64,000 bases of DNA, taken from positions 89,730 through 153,729 of the IMG/VR virus record IMGVR_UViG_3300012956_000001; one strand, given 5' to 3'. Source of the stretch: a virus. Taxonomy: Duplodnaviria; Heunggongvirae; Uroviricota; Caudoviricetes. Position 1 is the first letter of the stretch; each line of letters starts with the position of its first letter. Shown in pieces: positions 37,124 to 46,180 of this stretch. Position numbers and translations under genes: made by a program. The notes below the pieces were generated by a model. That model ran no database searches and had not been told where the DNA came from. It saw nothing but the letters and a program-made list of their open reading frames with translations.

Positions 37124-38743
37124 ATGACTGCTCCAGCAACACAGAAGGTAGATTTAAAATCACTCATTCGGTCTGAGTACATTCGATGTGCAACAGATAA
37201 AGCATACTTCATGCGAAAGTATTGCTTTATCCAGCACCCGACCAAGGGACGAATGTTATTTGATTTGTATGGATATCAAGAAGAGGCATTGTCTACATTT
37301 GACCAAGAAGATTATACTATTATTCTGAAGGGTCGTCAGATTGGTCTATCAACCGTCGTGGCCTGTTTGGCATTACAAATGATGTTGTTTTCAAAGGACA
37401 AAAACGTTCTTGTTATTGCTACCAAACAAGAAACTGCAAAGAACCTAATTACTAAAGTTAGATTTGCATTTGACAATTTACCTGTGTGGTTACAGGTGCC
37501 GGTTGTTGAAAACAATAAGCTAAGTCTACGATTTGCTAACGGGTCACAAATCAAGGCATCGTCGTCATCGGGAGATGCAGGTCGATCAGAAGCCGTATCA
37601 TTGCTAGTACTTGACGAAGCGGCATTCATTAAGAACGCAGCGGAAATTTGGACGGCTGCACAGGCTACGTTGGCTACGGGTGGTAAGGCTATTTTGATTT
37701 CTACGCCAAACGGTATTGGTAACTTCTTCCATAAGAAGTATGTGGAAGCCGAAGAATTTAAGGGTCGTAATAAGGACGGTGCGTTTTATCCGATCAAGTT
37801 AGATTGGCGTGTACACCCAGATCGTGATGATAAGTGGGAACAGACGCAACGAACAGTTCTTGGTGATCGAGACTTTAGACAGGAATATGAAGCCGAGTTC
37901 TTGGGATCTGGTAACACTGTTATTGACTCTGATCTTATTGAGTTTTATCGACAGACTCACAAAAAAGATCCAATTGCTAAGAAAGGACCAGGCGGCGATC
38001 TATGGGTGTGGGAATATCCAGATTATACCAAGTCGTATATTGTTGTTGCAGACGTTGCACGTGGAGAAAATAGTGAAATGGGCGACTTCTCGGCCATGCA
38101 CGTTATTGATGCCGTAACGTGTACACAGGTCGCTGAGTTTAAAGGTCGATTGCCTACCACCGAGTTTGGACATTTGCTAGTTGCGACATCAACTGAATAT
38201 AACGACGCGTTATTAGTTGTTGAAAATGGTGGTATTGGATGGGCAACCATCCAAACGATCATTGATCGTCAATACAAGAATTTGTTCTATATGACGGACG
38301 ATCTAAAGTATCTTGATCCAGAGGATGTGCGTAGTAACAAGTTGTATCGTGCAGATAAACGAGCCATCGCTGGATTTACTACGTCATCACGAACTCGACC
38401 ATTGATTATATCAAAACTAGATCAATATATGCGAGACAAGTCGGTAATTATCCGTTCCCAACGTACGTTAGACGAATTGCTTACATTTGTGTGGGAAAAT
38501 GGAAAGCCCATTGCTACGGATGGTTTTCACGACGACTTAGTAATGTCAATGTCAATTGGATTGTGGATTCGAGATACGGCACTTCAGCTACACCAGAAGG
38601 GACTAGAGTATACAAAACTTTCGTTGGATAAGATGAATCGAGTCAATCAATACGATGGTGTTTATATGCCTGGTGGATTGACCCAAGATCCATACAAGAC
38701 CATAATTAACGGCGCTGAAGAGGATTTTAGATGGCTCCTATAA
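37124..38743 (+). CDS. gp17: Terminase large subunit (T4 gp17-like)
   Basis: Walker A 'LKGRQIGLST', Walker B 'VLDEAAF', 'ISTPNG', nuclease 'VADVARG' and 'HDDLVMS'. Confidence 0.95.
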   Translation: MTAPATQKVDLKSLIRSEYIRCATDKAYFMRKYCFIQHPTKGRMLFDLYGYQEEALSTFDQEDYTIILKGRQIGLSTVVACLALQMMLFSKDKNVLVIATKQETAKNLITKVRFAFDNLPVWLQVPVVENNKLSLRFANGSQIKASSSSGDAGRSEAVSLLVLDEAAFIKNAAEIWTAAQATLATGGKAILISTPNGIGNFFHKKYVEAEEFKGRNKDGAFYPIKLDWRVHPDRDDKWEQTQRTVLGDRDFRQEYEAEFLGSGNTVIDSDLIEFYRQTHKKDPIAKKGPGGDLWVWEYPDYTKSYIVVADVARGENSEMGDFSAMHVIDAVTCTQVAEFKGRLPTTEFGHLLVATSTEYNDALLVVENGGIGWATIQTIIDRQYKNLFYMTDDLKYLDPEDVRSNKLYRADKRAIAGFTTSSRTRPLIISKLDQYMRDKSVIIRSQRTLDELLTFVWENGKPIATDGFHDDLVMSMSIGLWIRDTALQLHQKGLEYTKLSLDKMNRVNQYDGVYMPGGLTQDPYKTIINGAEEDFRWLL

Positions 38744-39240
38744 CCACGGCACAAATACCCAGACATCTGATGCCACAGATTCCAAAGAACAAACTTTCTG
38801 AGTTTTGTTCCTATTTAGAAACCAAGAATATTACTAGCAAAACTAGTAAACGACCCGTCAAATGGTTGGTTCCGGTACAAAAGCACGTTAACCAAGATAA
38901 GGTAGACAATATTATGTCAGACCCATCGGTTATTGATGCTTCTCCGATTATTGTAACTGCCGAGGGCTATATTGTAGATGGTCACCACAGATGGATTGCT
39001 GCTAAAAAATTGGGTATTACTGAGATAAACTGTATAGTTTGTGACTGTCCCCTAAAGGAATTTCTAAAACTGGCGCATGATTTTGATCATAGTTTTGTAA
39101 AGTCTGTTAGTGAACTTACTACTTATGGTAGATTAGGTGTACTGTTAGAATCTCGTAGGGACATTGACCGCCGCATAAATTCTAAGTTACGTGAATACAT
39201 CAGTCGTGAAATCAAAAATATACTAGAGATAAACTCATGA
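38731..39240 (+). CDS. ParB/Sulfiredoxin-domain protein
   Basis: 'LVPVQ...PIIVTAEGYIVDGHHRWIAA' is the ParB/Srx catalytic motif. Confidence 0.8.
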   Translation: MAPITTAQIPRHLMPQIPKNKLSEFCSYLETKNITSKTSKRPVKWLVPVQKHVNQDKVDNIMSDPSVIDASPIIVTAEGYIVDGHHRWIAAKKLGITEINCIVCDCPLKEFLKLAHDFDHSFVKSVSELTTYGRLGVLLESRRDIDRRINSKLREYISREIKNILEINS

Positions 39241-39545
39241 TTAAGCTTTCCACGCTTCTTACAGAAGCTATGAACAAAATTACCACAGTTCAGGCGGCCA
39301 AGCTGTTTAAGTCCTTGAAACTTGATAAAACCGACGTAAAGATTAAAGAGTTTTACTTAGGTATGAATGTTGAGCTAGAACATCAGAATGTAACTCAGGG
39401 TGATGTTAAGAAGACCGCGTTATTGGTATTGGCGCATCTTAAAGAATCACCAGATTACTACACCAACCTTCAAAAAGTTGAAGAACCGGCCGCAGAGATG
39501 GGTGTAAGTCAGTCGCCTGCACCACAAGCGCCTGGTCAGTATTAA
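39237..39545 (+). CDS. DUF5661-like small protein with capsid-targeting-like N-terminus
   Basis: 'GMNVELEH...AHLKESPDYYTNL'; N-terminus MIKLSTLLTE. Confidence 0.7.
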   Translation: MIKLSTLLTEAMNKITTVQAAKLFKSLKLDKTDVKIKEFYLGMNVELEHQNVTQGDVKKTALLVLAHLKESPDYYTNLQKVEEPAAEMGVSQSPAPQAPGQY

Positions 39546-39590
39546 TACATTGCTTGATAAAAGTCTACAAATAACTAACAGGGGTAATTG

Positions 39591-41453
39591 ATGGCCGAAG
39601 AAAATTTGTTTGGTAGATTAAAGAAACTATTTTCGACAGGTGTAATTGTTCGACACGTTGGCGGCAAAAAACTAAAAGTTGCCGACACCGATTTTGTGCA
39701 ATCATACCTATCTAATGCATATAAAGACAGATATAGTCGAATCTTTAGTACAGCTGGCCTTGGTAATTCATACGGTAATCAGTATGGACTTAACATGGCA
39801 TATCAGACCCAGCGTATCATGTTGTTCCGTGAATATGACATCATGGACCAAGATCCAATCATTAATGCTGCTCTTGACATCTATTCCCACGAAAGTACCG
39901 TAAACAATGAGTATGGTGATGTATTAACCATTGAATGCGACGATGAACACATCAAAGAAATTCTTCAAAATCTATTCTATGATATCCTAAACATCGACTT
40001 TAATTTGGCACCGTGGATTCGCAACATGTGCAAATACGGCGACCAGTTTTTGTTCATTGAAATTAGTGATAAACACGGTATTATTAACATTCAACCACTA
40101 TCTGTATACGATACAATACGTGTAGATGGTGAAGATCCAAACAATCCACGATATACCTACTTCCAGACGATGGGTATGAATGGACAAAAGACTAAACTTG
40201 AAAAGTATGAAGTCATTCATCTTCGATTGATGACAGACTCCAACTTTTTGCCGTATGGTCGTTCCATGATCGAAGGTGCTCGTCGTGTATGGAAGCAATT
40301 GACATTGATGGAAGATGCAATGTTGATTCACCGAATCATGCGTGCCCCAGAAAAGAGAGTAATCAAGTTAGATATTGGTAACATTCCGCCAGCTGAAATT
40401 GAAGCTTACATGGAAAAGATTTCTAACAAGATGAAGAAGGTGCCGTTTGTTGACCAGCAGACAGGTGACTACAATCTTCGATACAATATGATGAATATTC
40501 TTGAAGATTTCTACATCCCCGTCCGTGGCAGTGATTCTGGTACCGAAATTACGAACCTCGGTGGTCTTGAATTTAACAGCATTGAGGACATTGAATATCT
40601 TAGAAACCGAATGATGGCCGCACTTAAGATTCCAAAGGCATTCTTGGGATATGACGAATCCATCAACGGTAAATTAACATTGGCAGCTGAAGACGTTCGA
40701 TTCTCACGTACTATCGAACAACTTCAGAAGATTGTAGTATCCGAACTTACACAATTGGCTATTGTTCACTTGTTTGCACAAGGTTTCCAAGATGAAGAGT
40801 TGGTAGATTTTAAGCTCAAGCTTACTCTGCCTTCTACCATCTATGAACAAGAAAAGCTGAATTTGATGAAGGAAAAGGTACAGGTTGCCTCTGACATGAA
40901 GGCCTTAAAGATGCATTCTGAGGACTACATCTACAAGAATATCTTCAATATCAGTCATGCCGAGATGCAGGAACAGCGTGAATTGGTTGCCGAGGACATT
41001 AAGAGAGCCTTTAGATACACCAAGATTGAAGGTGGAGAACCAGATCCGGCCAAGTATGGTTACCCACAAGACCAGTCACCAGAAGACCTAATGGCCGCAC
41101 AGGGTGGCGATCCACAAATGGAAGATTTGGGTCCGCCCGCACAGGTTGGTGAGTCAAATCCAGTAGGCCGCCCTAAGACTGGCGCAAAATATGGGCAAGA
41201 CAGTCATCCAATGGGAAGAGATCCACTGGGCTTTGATGGACAATACGATGTTATTAAGCATTCCAAGGAACGAACCAGAACGCCAGCTAGAAAACATCCC
41301 CTATCATTAGAGATGTTACATGCTTTGGGCAATAAACTACGCCCCGTACGTCCAAGTTCGTTAATTGCGGAGTCGGCCGATCCCGATACAGGTACTTTTC
41401 TTGACGCCTCCATTCTTGAAGGTGGCATCGAACAACACATTGATGACGAATAG
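39591..41453 (+). CDS. gp20: Portal protein (T4 gp20-like)
   Basis: 'LMEDAMLIHRIMRAPEKRV', 'EDFYIPVRG', 'AALKIPKAFLG', 'DVRFSRTI'. ATG at 39591. Confidence 0.95.
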   Translation: MAEENLFGRLKKLFSTGVIVRHVGGKKLKVADTDFVQSYLSNAYKDRYSRIFSTAGLGNSYGNQYGLNMAYQTQRIMLFREYDIMDQDPIINAALDIYSHESTVNNEYGDVLTIECDDEHIKEILQNLFYDILNIDFNLAPWIRNMCKYGDQFLFIEISDKHGIINIQPLSVYDTIRVDGEDPNNPRYTYFQTMGMNGQKTKLEKYEVIHLRLMTDSNFLPYGRSMIEGARRVWKQLTLMEDAMLIHRIMRAPEKRVIKLDIGNIPPAEIEAYMEKISNKMKKVPFVDQQTGDYNLRYNMMNILEDFYIPVRGSDSGTEITNLGGLEFNSIEDIEYLRNRMMAALKIPKAFLGYDESINGKLTLAAEDVRFSRTIEQLQKIVVSELTQLAIVHLFAQGFQDEELVDFKLKLTLPSTIYEQEKLNLMKEKVQVASDMKALKMHSEDYIYKNIFNISHAEMQEQRELVAEDIKRAFRYTKIEGGEPDPAKYGYPQDQSPEDLMAAQGGDPQMEDLGPPAQVGESNPVGRPKTGAKYGQDSHPMGRDPLGFDGQYDVIKHSKERTRTPARKHPLSLEMLHALGNKLRPVRPSSLIAESADPDTGTFLDASILEGGIEQHIDDE

Positions 41454-41464
41454 GTTTAAGTTAT

Positions 41465-41490
41465 ATACTTATTAGTTGTGAGAAAAGTAT
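41465..41490 (+). promoter_or_regulatory. Putative late promoter TACTTAT (41466-41472) with weak 6-bp inverted repeat
   Basis: Intergenic between portal and 41534; atactt...aagtat. Confidence 0.5.
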
Positions 41491-41533
41491 CGGGTCGCAT
41501 CAACCATAATACCTGACGCTCACGGAGCAATAC

Positions 41534-42403
41534 ATGAGAGGAATTACCGTTAGTCATAGTAAAATCAAAAATACAGGTGTGCTATTTGAGGTGTTGGTCC
41601 GTCAAATAACATCAGATACACTAGAAGGACGATCTGAGTCACCTGCATTACAGCTATTAAAGAAGTATTTTCATGCCGGCCGTGAATTAGGTAAAGAATT
41701 GCAGTTGTATCAGGCATTTATGAATGCTGATCGACTCACCGAAAGCCGAGCCGTTCAATTTTTCAATATGGTCATTACACAACGTCAAAAGCTTGACGAA
41801 ATGCAATTGACCCGTGAAAAATATGAACTTATCAAAGAACTCAAGAAGAATTATGATTTAGAGACGTTTCTTTCATGTAAGATTCCGTCGTATAAATTGC
41901 ATGCGTCCATCTACAAGACATTTCTAGCAGAAGCCCGTCATAGTGGTGATACCATTATGAACATTCAAGACGTGGCATCTGCTAGATTTACGTTGTTAGA
42001 ACACCTATTGGGCCACGGTCGCAAGGCAGAACACAAGGATACGGCACTTCTCGAAGAATTTAAGAGCCAGACAGAAGATTTACGATTACTTACTTACAAG
42101 ATTTTAATTGATCGATTTAATGAAAAGTATGATGAACTAAATGATAAGCAGAAAGATTTACTTCGTGAATATATTAACGACATTTCAAGCAAAAATACTT
42201 TGTTAGAGTATGTTCATCGAGAAGTGCCTGCTCTACAAAAGCAACTACGTGAAAAGAGTCGGTCAATCAAAGATCGAGTAGTTCAAATTAAGTTGAACGA
42301 AGTAATTACACAGCTTAATAACATTGGAAGTAAGAACGGCGTTCGTGATAATGAAGTTACCGCAATGATGATCGGCTATCAAATTGAAAAGGAGCTCAAC
42401 TAA
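41534..42403 (+). CDS. Conserved head-module protein, alpha-helical
   Basis: 'HSKIKNTGVLFEVLVRQITSD' N-terminus; lies between portal and prohead protease. Confidence 0.7.
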   Translation: MRGITVSHSKIKNTGVLFEVLVRQITSDTLEGRSESPALQLLKKYFHAGRELGKELQLYQAFMNADRLTESRAVQFFNMVITQRQKLDEMQLTREKYELIKELKKNYDLETFLSCKIPSYKLHASIYKTFLAEARHSGDTIMNIQDVASARFTLLEHLLGHGRKAEHKDTALLEEFKSQTEDLRLLTYKILIDRFNEKYDELNDKQKDLLREYINDISSKNTLLEYVHREVPALQKQLREKSRSIKDRVVQIKLNEVITQLNNIGSKNGVRDNEVTAMMIGYQIEKELN

Positions 42404-43146
42404 TGAGTACTGCACTACGAAAGCTCATTCGTGAGCTGGTGGAAGAAGAATTGGAACTGGATGAAACCAGTTCGTCTGGAGCTGCTGGTCCATACAATAC
42501 ACCATTTGCGTTTCGAGGCGACTCCGCAGCTGGTAAGGCCAAGTCAAAGAAAATTGCTAGCCAGGCAGGATATGAACCAGTAGACAAGAAGGCAGAAAAG
42601 GCCGATCCAATGGGCAATCAAGAAGTAGAAACCGTACCATTTGGCAAAAAGGGAGCCGGTGCGCTTAAGAAGCCTGCTAAGGAGAAGGTTGTACAAGAAG
42701 AGACACATTCTCCAGCTTCGTCACACCAAGATCCAGTTAAATGTCCAAACTGTGGTGCGAAGTATAAAGATACACACGTTTGTCCTAAGACAAAGCAGGT
42801 GATGACTCGTGCCAAGGGACGACCACTGGCATCAAAGAAGAATATGGGCGTCGATTATAGCACACGCACACCAAAGAAAGAAGTTGCCGATGGTGTAGTT
42901 TCCGAAAATCGATATACAGAATACAAGATGTCTGAGGGATCGCCGTCCAAGAAGATTGGTACTGCCATCCGTGAAATCAATCGTCAAATTAATGAAGTAG
43001 ATCGTATGCTTCGTATGAATGAACGACTCAAGAAAGAGTCTGGCGTACAAGGCGATCAGCTTTGGAAGTCTACTGCTCGTGGATTGACCAAGCTAGAGGG
43101 TCGATTGAACACATTGTCTACTCGTATCCGCAACCTGAAGTCATAA
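42403..43146 (+). CDS. Putative prohead core/internal head protein
   Basis: MSTALRKLIRELVEEELELDE|TSSSGAAGPYNTPFAF; several x-x-E sites (VVQE|E, VVSE|N); C-terminal coiled coil. Confidence 0.65.
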   Translation: MSTALRKLIRELVEEELELDETSSSGAAGPYNTPFAFRGDSAAGKAKSKKIASQAGYEPVDKKAEKADPMGNQEVETVPFGKKGAGALKKPAKEKVVQEETHSPASSHQDPVKCPNCGAKYKDTHVCPKTKQVMTRAKGRPLASKKNMGVDYSTRTPKKEVADGVVSENRYTEYKMSEGSPSKKIGTAIREINRQINEVDRMLRMNERLKKESGVQGDQLWKSTARGLTKLEGRLNTLSTRIRNLKS

Positions 43147-43147
43147 T

Positions 43148-43735
43148 ATGCCACAACTATTAGTAGAATACTTTCCATTAGAATATGACGCACGTGCTGT
43201 CTTGACTGAGGCCACGGCCAATCCCAATGCGCCCATTAAGGTCAAGGCCATTTTGCAACGTGCTGATGCTAAGAATCAAAACGGTAGAGTATATCCAAAA
43301 GAAATTTTGATGCGAGAAGCCTCAAAGTATGAACAAGAATTTGTTGGTCAGCGCCGCGCACTTGGCGAGCTGGACCATCCAGATTCGACCGTTGTCAATT
43401 TGAGAAACGTATCACATAACATCAATGAAGTACATTGGGAAGGTGCAGACTTAATGGGCACCATTGAAGTGTTGTCCACCCCGTCAGGCAATATTGTTAA
43501 GGAATTGATGAAAAATGGTATTCGATTGGGTGTTTCTTCTCGTGGTGTTGGGTCTATTAAAAATCTTGGCGAGGGTGCCGTTGAAGTAGATGATGACTTT
43601 AGTTTAATCTGTTTTGATATCGTTTCGAATCCTTCCACGCATGGCGCCTTCTTGAATGAAGGTGTTGGTGCACAGGCCAATCCATATGCTAATATAGAAA
43701 AGTTAGTGTATGACTTTTTTGCTGAGCTAAAATAA
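43148..43735 (+). CDS. gp21: Prohead core protease (T4 gp21-like)
   Basis: 'KNQNGRVYP', 'ALGELDHP', 'GVSSRGVGS', 'FDIVSNPSTHGA'. Confidence 0.95.
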   Translation: MPQLLVEYFPLEYDARAVLTEATANPNAPIKVKAILQRADAKNQNGRVYPKEILMREASKYEQEFVGQRRALGELDHPDSTVVNLRNVSHNINEVHWEGADLMGTIEVLSTPSGNIVKELMKNGIRLGVSSRGVGSIKNLGEGAVEVDDDFSLICFDIVSNPSTHGAFLNEGVGAQANPYANIEKLVYDFFAELK

Positions 43736-43736
43736 T

Positions 43737-43979
43737 ATGTCTAAGATAAAGCTATCCGAACTTCGCAATATCATCCGTGAAGAATTAATCAATACCCTAG
43801 TTGAATTTGAAACTAAGGATATGCCAAACGGAGCAACATGGCGTACTGCTGGTAAGGGCTGGGCCGCAAAAAATTCAAGTGGTGAGACTAACTATTGGTA
43901 TGGTAAGGACGAAGCAAAAAACAAAAAAAGTGCCGATGATTGGGCGCGTGGTTCTTCTAAAACCGCAACTACGAAGTAA
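43737..43979 (+). CDS. Small putative internal head protein
   Basis: MSKIKLSELRNIIREELINTLVE| followed by a short Trp/Gly-rich beta module. Confidence 0.7.
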   Translation: MSKIKLSELRNIIREELINTLVEFETKDMPNGATWRTAGKGWAAKNSSGETNYWYGKDEAKNKKSADDWARGSSKTATTK

Positions 43980-43990
43980 GGAGCATAGTT

Positions 43991-44638
43991 ATGCCTTTTG
44001 GGCCACCAGAACAAACACAACGACCAGTAATACGTCGTGAACAAACACTAGGGCAGATCATTAGTCAATACAATGAATATGGATCTAAACTACGTGGTGG
44101 TATTTCCATGCGTGAGTTGGCAGAAGAACTTATGCAACTTGCTGAGTTTGCTGAACAGGCTGTTATGTCTGAAGCAGATGATTGGTTTGATGGTCATACA
44201 ATCAAGCGTAATATGAAGGAACTAAAGACCTACGTAACCCAATTCCACAAAATTGCCACAGAACAAGATATGCTACGTCAACGATCCACAGCATTGTATG
44301 ATGACATGGGTCGTGTACTAGAACGATATTTTGAATTGCAAGGCGACGAAGATTTCAAGTATGACACCGACGGCGATGGTCTTCCTGACATGCAGCCAGG
44401 TAATGCACCAAAGAATCCAGTTGATGGTGCACACGCATCACCAATGGTTCACGAAGATGACGAAGAACCGGTTGGTCAGAATGACGATCTCGTAGATACT
44501 CAACAAGAAAAGAACAAAGAGCTAATCTCTCGATTGCTTCGTATTGCACGCCACAAGCTAACCGGCGAACAACTGGTTCGGTTTGACACGTTGCCAGAAG
44601 AAACTCAAGTAAAGGCCGCTTGGCGCATCGTGAGATAA
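43991..44638 (+). CDS. Hypothetical head-module protein
   Basis: SD AAGGAG; helical N-terminal half; contains a 'DTDGDGLPD' DxDxDG-like motif. Confidence 0.7.
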   Translation: MPFGPPEQTQRPVIRREQTLGQIISQYNEYGSKLRGGISMRELAEELMQLAEFAEQAVMSEADDWFDGHTIKRNMKELKTYVTQFHKIATEQDMLRQRSTALYDDMGRVLERYFELQGDEDFKYDTDGDGLPDMQPGNAPKNPVDGAHASPMVHEDDEEPVGQNDDLVDTQQEKNKELISRLLRIARHKLTGEQLVRFDTLPEETQVKAAWRIVR

Positions 44639-44641
44639 CAC

Positions 44642-45382
44642 ATGAAGAAACTTGAACTTCGTCAAATTATTCGTGAAGAAATACTAGAAACCCTCCTTCA
44701 ACAAGAGGGTTCTACTGCTGCAAAAGAAGCTGAACGTCTCGGGTTGGATTACATGAGCTTCGGTCGTTGGGGCAAGAATGGACAAGTTACCCACAAGTCA
44801 GAGAAGGGTAAGCTTATTCCAGTGTCCCGAGATCAGGTTCAAAAGACCACAGGCATGAACTTTGAAAAGCCTACGTCAAATATATTACATGCAAAGCGTA
44901 AGGATGGAACCTCACGACCAGCAGCGGATTATAATCCACAATCTGGTAAAGTGACTTCTTGGAATTACAATTCCCCCGACGATCAGCGCCGCAAACAAAA
45001 TACCAAAAATATTTTTGCAGATCCTCTGCAAAAAAGAGCCACGCATATAGATTATGCAAAAGATGATCGTCCCGAGTCGCCGCCTCATGAACGTACACCA
45101 TCACAACTTACTCGTGAAAAGGCACATAGATATGAAGTTATTGCAGACCCTTATCAAACAAAAATTGATGATGCAATTTATAGTAACACATTAAAACCAT
45201 ACAAAACATATAGCATGGAAGAATTTACTCAACTAGCTGGAATTTCTCCCACTGTTGCAAAGTTCATTTCATTAAAAGACACTTTGTTTTTAAAGTTCTA
45301 TGATGATTATGTTCCATCATTTGAATTAAACAAAGATGGGTCGGTTCTTATCAATGATATTGCACGATATAGAGACGATTAA
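44642..45382 (+). CDS. Putative internal head protein
   Basis: MKKLELRQIIREEILETLLQQE| then 'AERLGLDYMSFGRWGKNGQVTHKSEKGKL'. Confidence 0.65.
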   Translation: MKKLELRQIIREEILETLLQQEGSTAAKEAERLGLDYMSFGRWGKNGQVTHKSEKGKLIPVSRDQVQKTTGMNFEKPTSNILHAKRKDGTSRPAADYNPQSGKVTSWNYNSPDDQRRKQNTKNIFADPLQKRATHIDYAKDDRPESPPHERTPSQLTREKAHRYEVIADPYQTKIDDAIYSNTLKPYKTYSMEEFTQLAGISPTVAKFISLKDTLFLKFYDDYVPSFELNKDGSVLINDIARYRDD

Positions 45383-45738
45383 TGACATCACTACGAAAAA
45401 TTGCAACTGCTATTGATTTAATTCCAACTACAAGAATTCGTTTGTTGGTTACCATTGGTCTTATTGCAGCAACTGGAATTACATATCTTATGCATGCTTG
45501 CGATTATCGTAGTGCTGCTACACAAGCATGTGTCGGGTGGGAACCGTCCGTTAATTGGTTCATTTTCCTATCAGCGTTAGCTGGTGTAGATGTTACTCAA
45601 TATTTTGCAAAGAGTCTAACTGCCGTAAAGCAAGCACAGGTCGCCGCACAAGCTGTACAGCCAACTGCCGAAGTAAGTGGTGATGTAACGGCTACATCAG
45701 ATGTATCAGAAATTAATACTCAACAAGAAAAGGGCTGA
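45382..45738 (+). CDS. Small two-TM membrane protein (holin-like)
   Basis: Two hydrophobic helices (LLVTIGLIAATGITYL; WFIFLSALAGV) and a hydrophilic tail. Confidence 0.45.
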   Translation: MTSLRKIATAIDLIPTTRIRLLVTIGLIAATGITYLMHACDYRSAATQACVGWEPSVNWFIFLSALAGVDVTQYFAKSLTAVKQAQVAAQAVQPTAEVSGDVTATSDVSEINTQQEKG

Positions 45739-45751
45739 TGCCTGAGGATAT

Positions 45752-46027
45752 ATGAACCGAAAAAAGCAAGAACAAAGTAAGCCGAGTGGATTAGAAGTGG
45801 TAGTAAACCACACGGGCGATTACAAAAAAGACAAGTTAAATTTCGATCATGCACTCCGGGATTTTAAAAAGAAAATCAAGAAGAGTGGATTAATGAATGA
45901 CCTTCGTAATCGTGAAGCATATATGTCGCCATCAGCGTATAAGCGTTGGCGTAAGAACGAAGCGGTGAAACGAAAAAAGCGTGACGAGAAGAAACAAGAT
46001 TGGTCACGCGGACAAAGTGATGGATAA
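45752..46027 (+). CDS. rpsU: Ribosomal protein bS21 homologue
   Basis: 'NFDHALRDFKKKIKKSGLMNDLRNREAYMSPSAYKRWRKNEAVKR' matches the bS21 pattern (ALRxFK...R-x2-Y-xxP S-xx-R-R). Located among head genes. Confidence 0.85.
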   Translation: MNRKKQEQSKPSGLEVVVNHTGDYKKDKLNFDHALRDFKKKIKKSGLMNDLRNREAYMSPSAYKRWRKNEAVKRKKRDEKKQDWSRGQSDG

Positions 46028-46063
46028 TTGTTTATAATTTGTGCGTTATAATTCTTTACTCTC

Positions 46064-46165
46064 TACTTATCTACAGATCACAGAATACGTTTTTCCTAAA
46101 ACGTCCGGGTGACTGAACTTAATCATATAAGGGCTTCAAGTAGCCTTTTTTCGCGTCACTGACGC
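46064..46165 (+). promoter_or_regulatory. TACTTAT motif (46064-46070) followed by a structured leader of the scaffold-capsid operon
   Basis: Hairpins acgtttt-tcct-aaaacgt (46087-46104), aagggct-tcaagt-agccttt (46129-46148) and gcgtc-act-gacgc (46153-46165); gtgac/gtcac pairing is also possible. Confidence 0.45.
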
Positions 46166-46180
46166 ATGGAATTACTAACT

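Noticed and set aside
44365-44391. DTDGDGLPD as an EF-hand/thrombospondin calcium repeat system
   Set aside because: Single isolated copy in an acidic linker; not enough to support a functional call.
46028-46180. tRNA gene in the largest intergenic gaps, expected given the CCA enzyme
   Set aside because: No cloverleaf with a T-loop GTTCRA and D-loop pattern was found here or in the other gaps (41454-41533, 48985-49090, 54768-54880).
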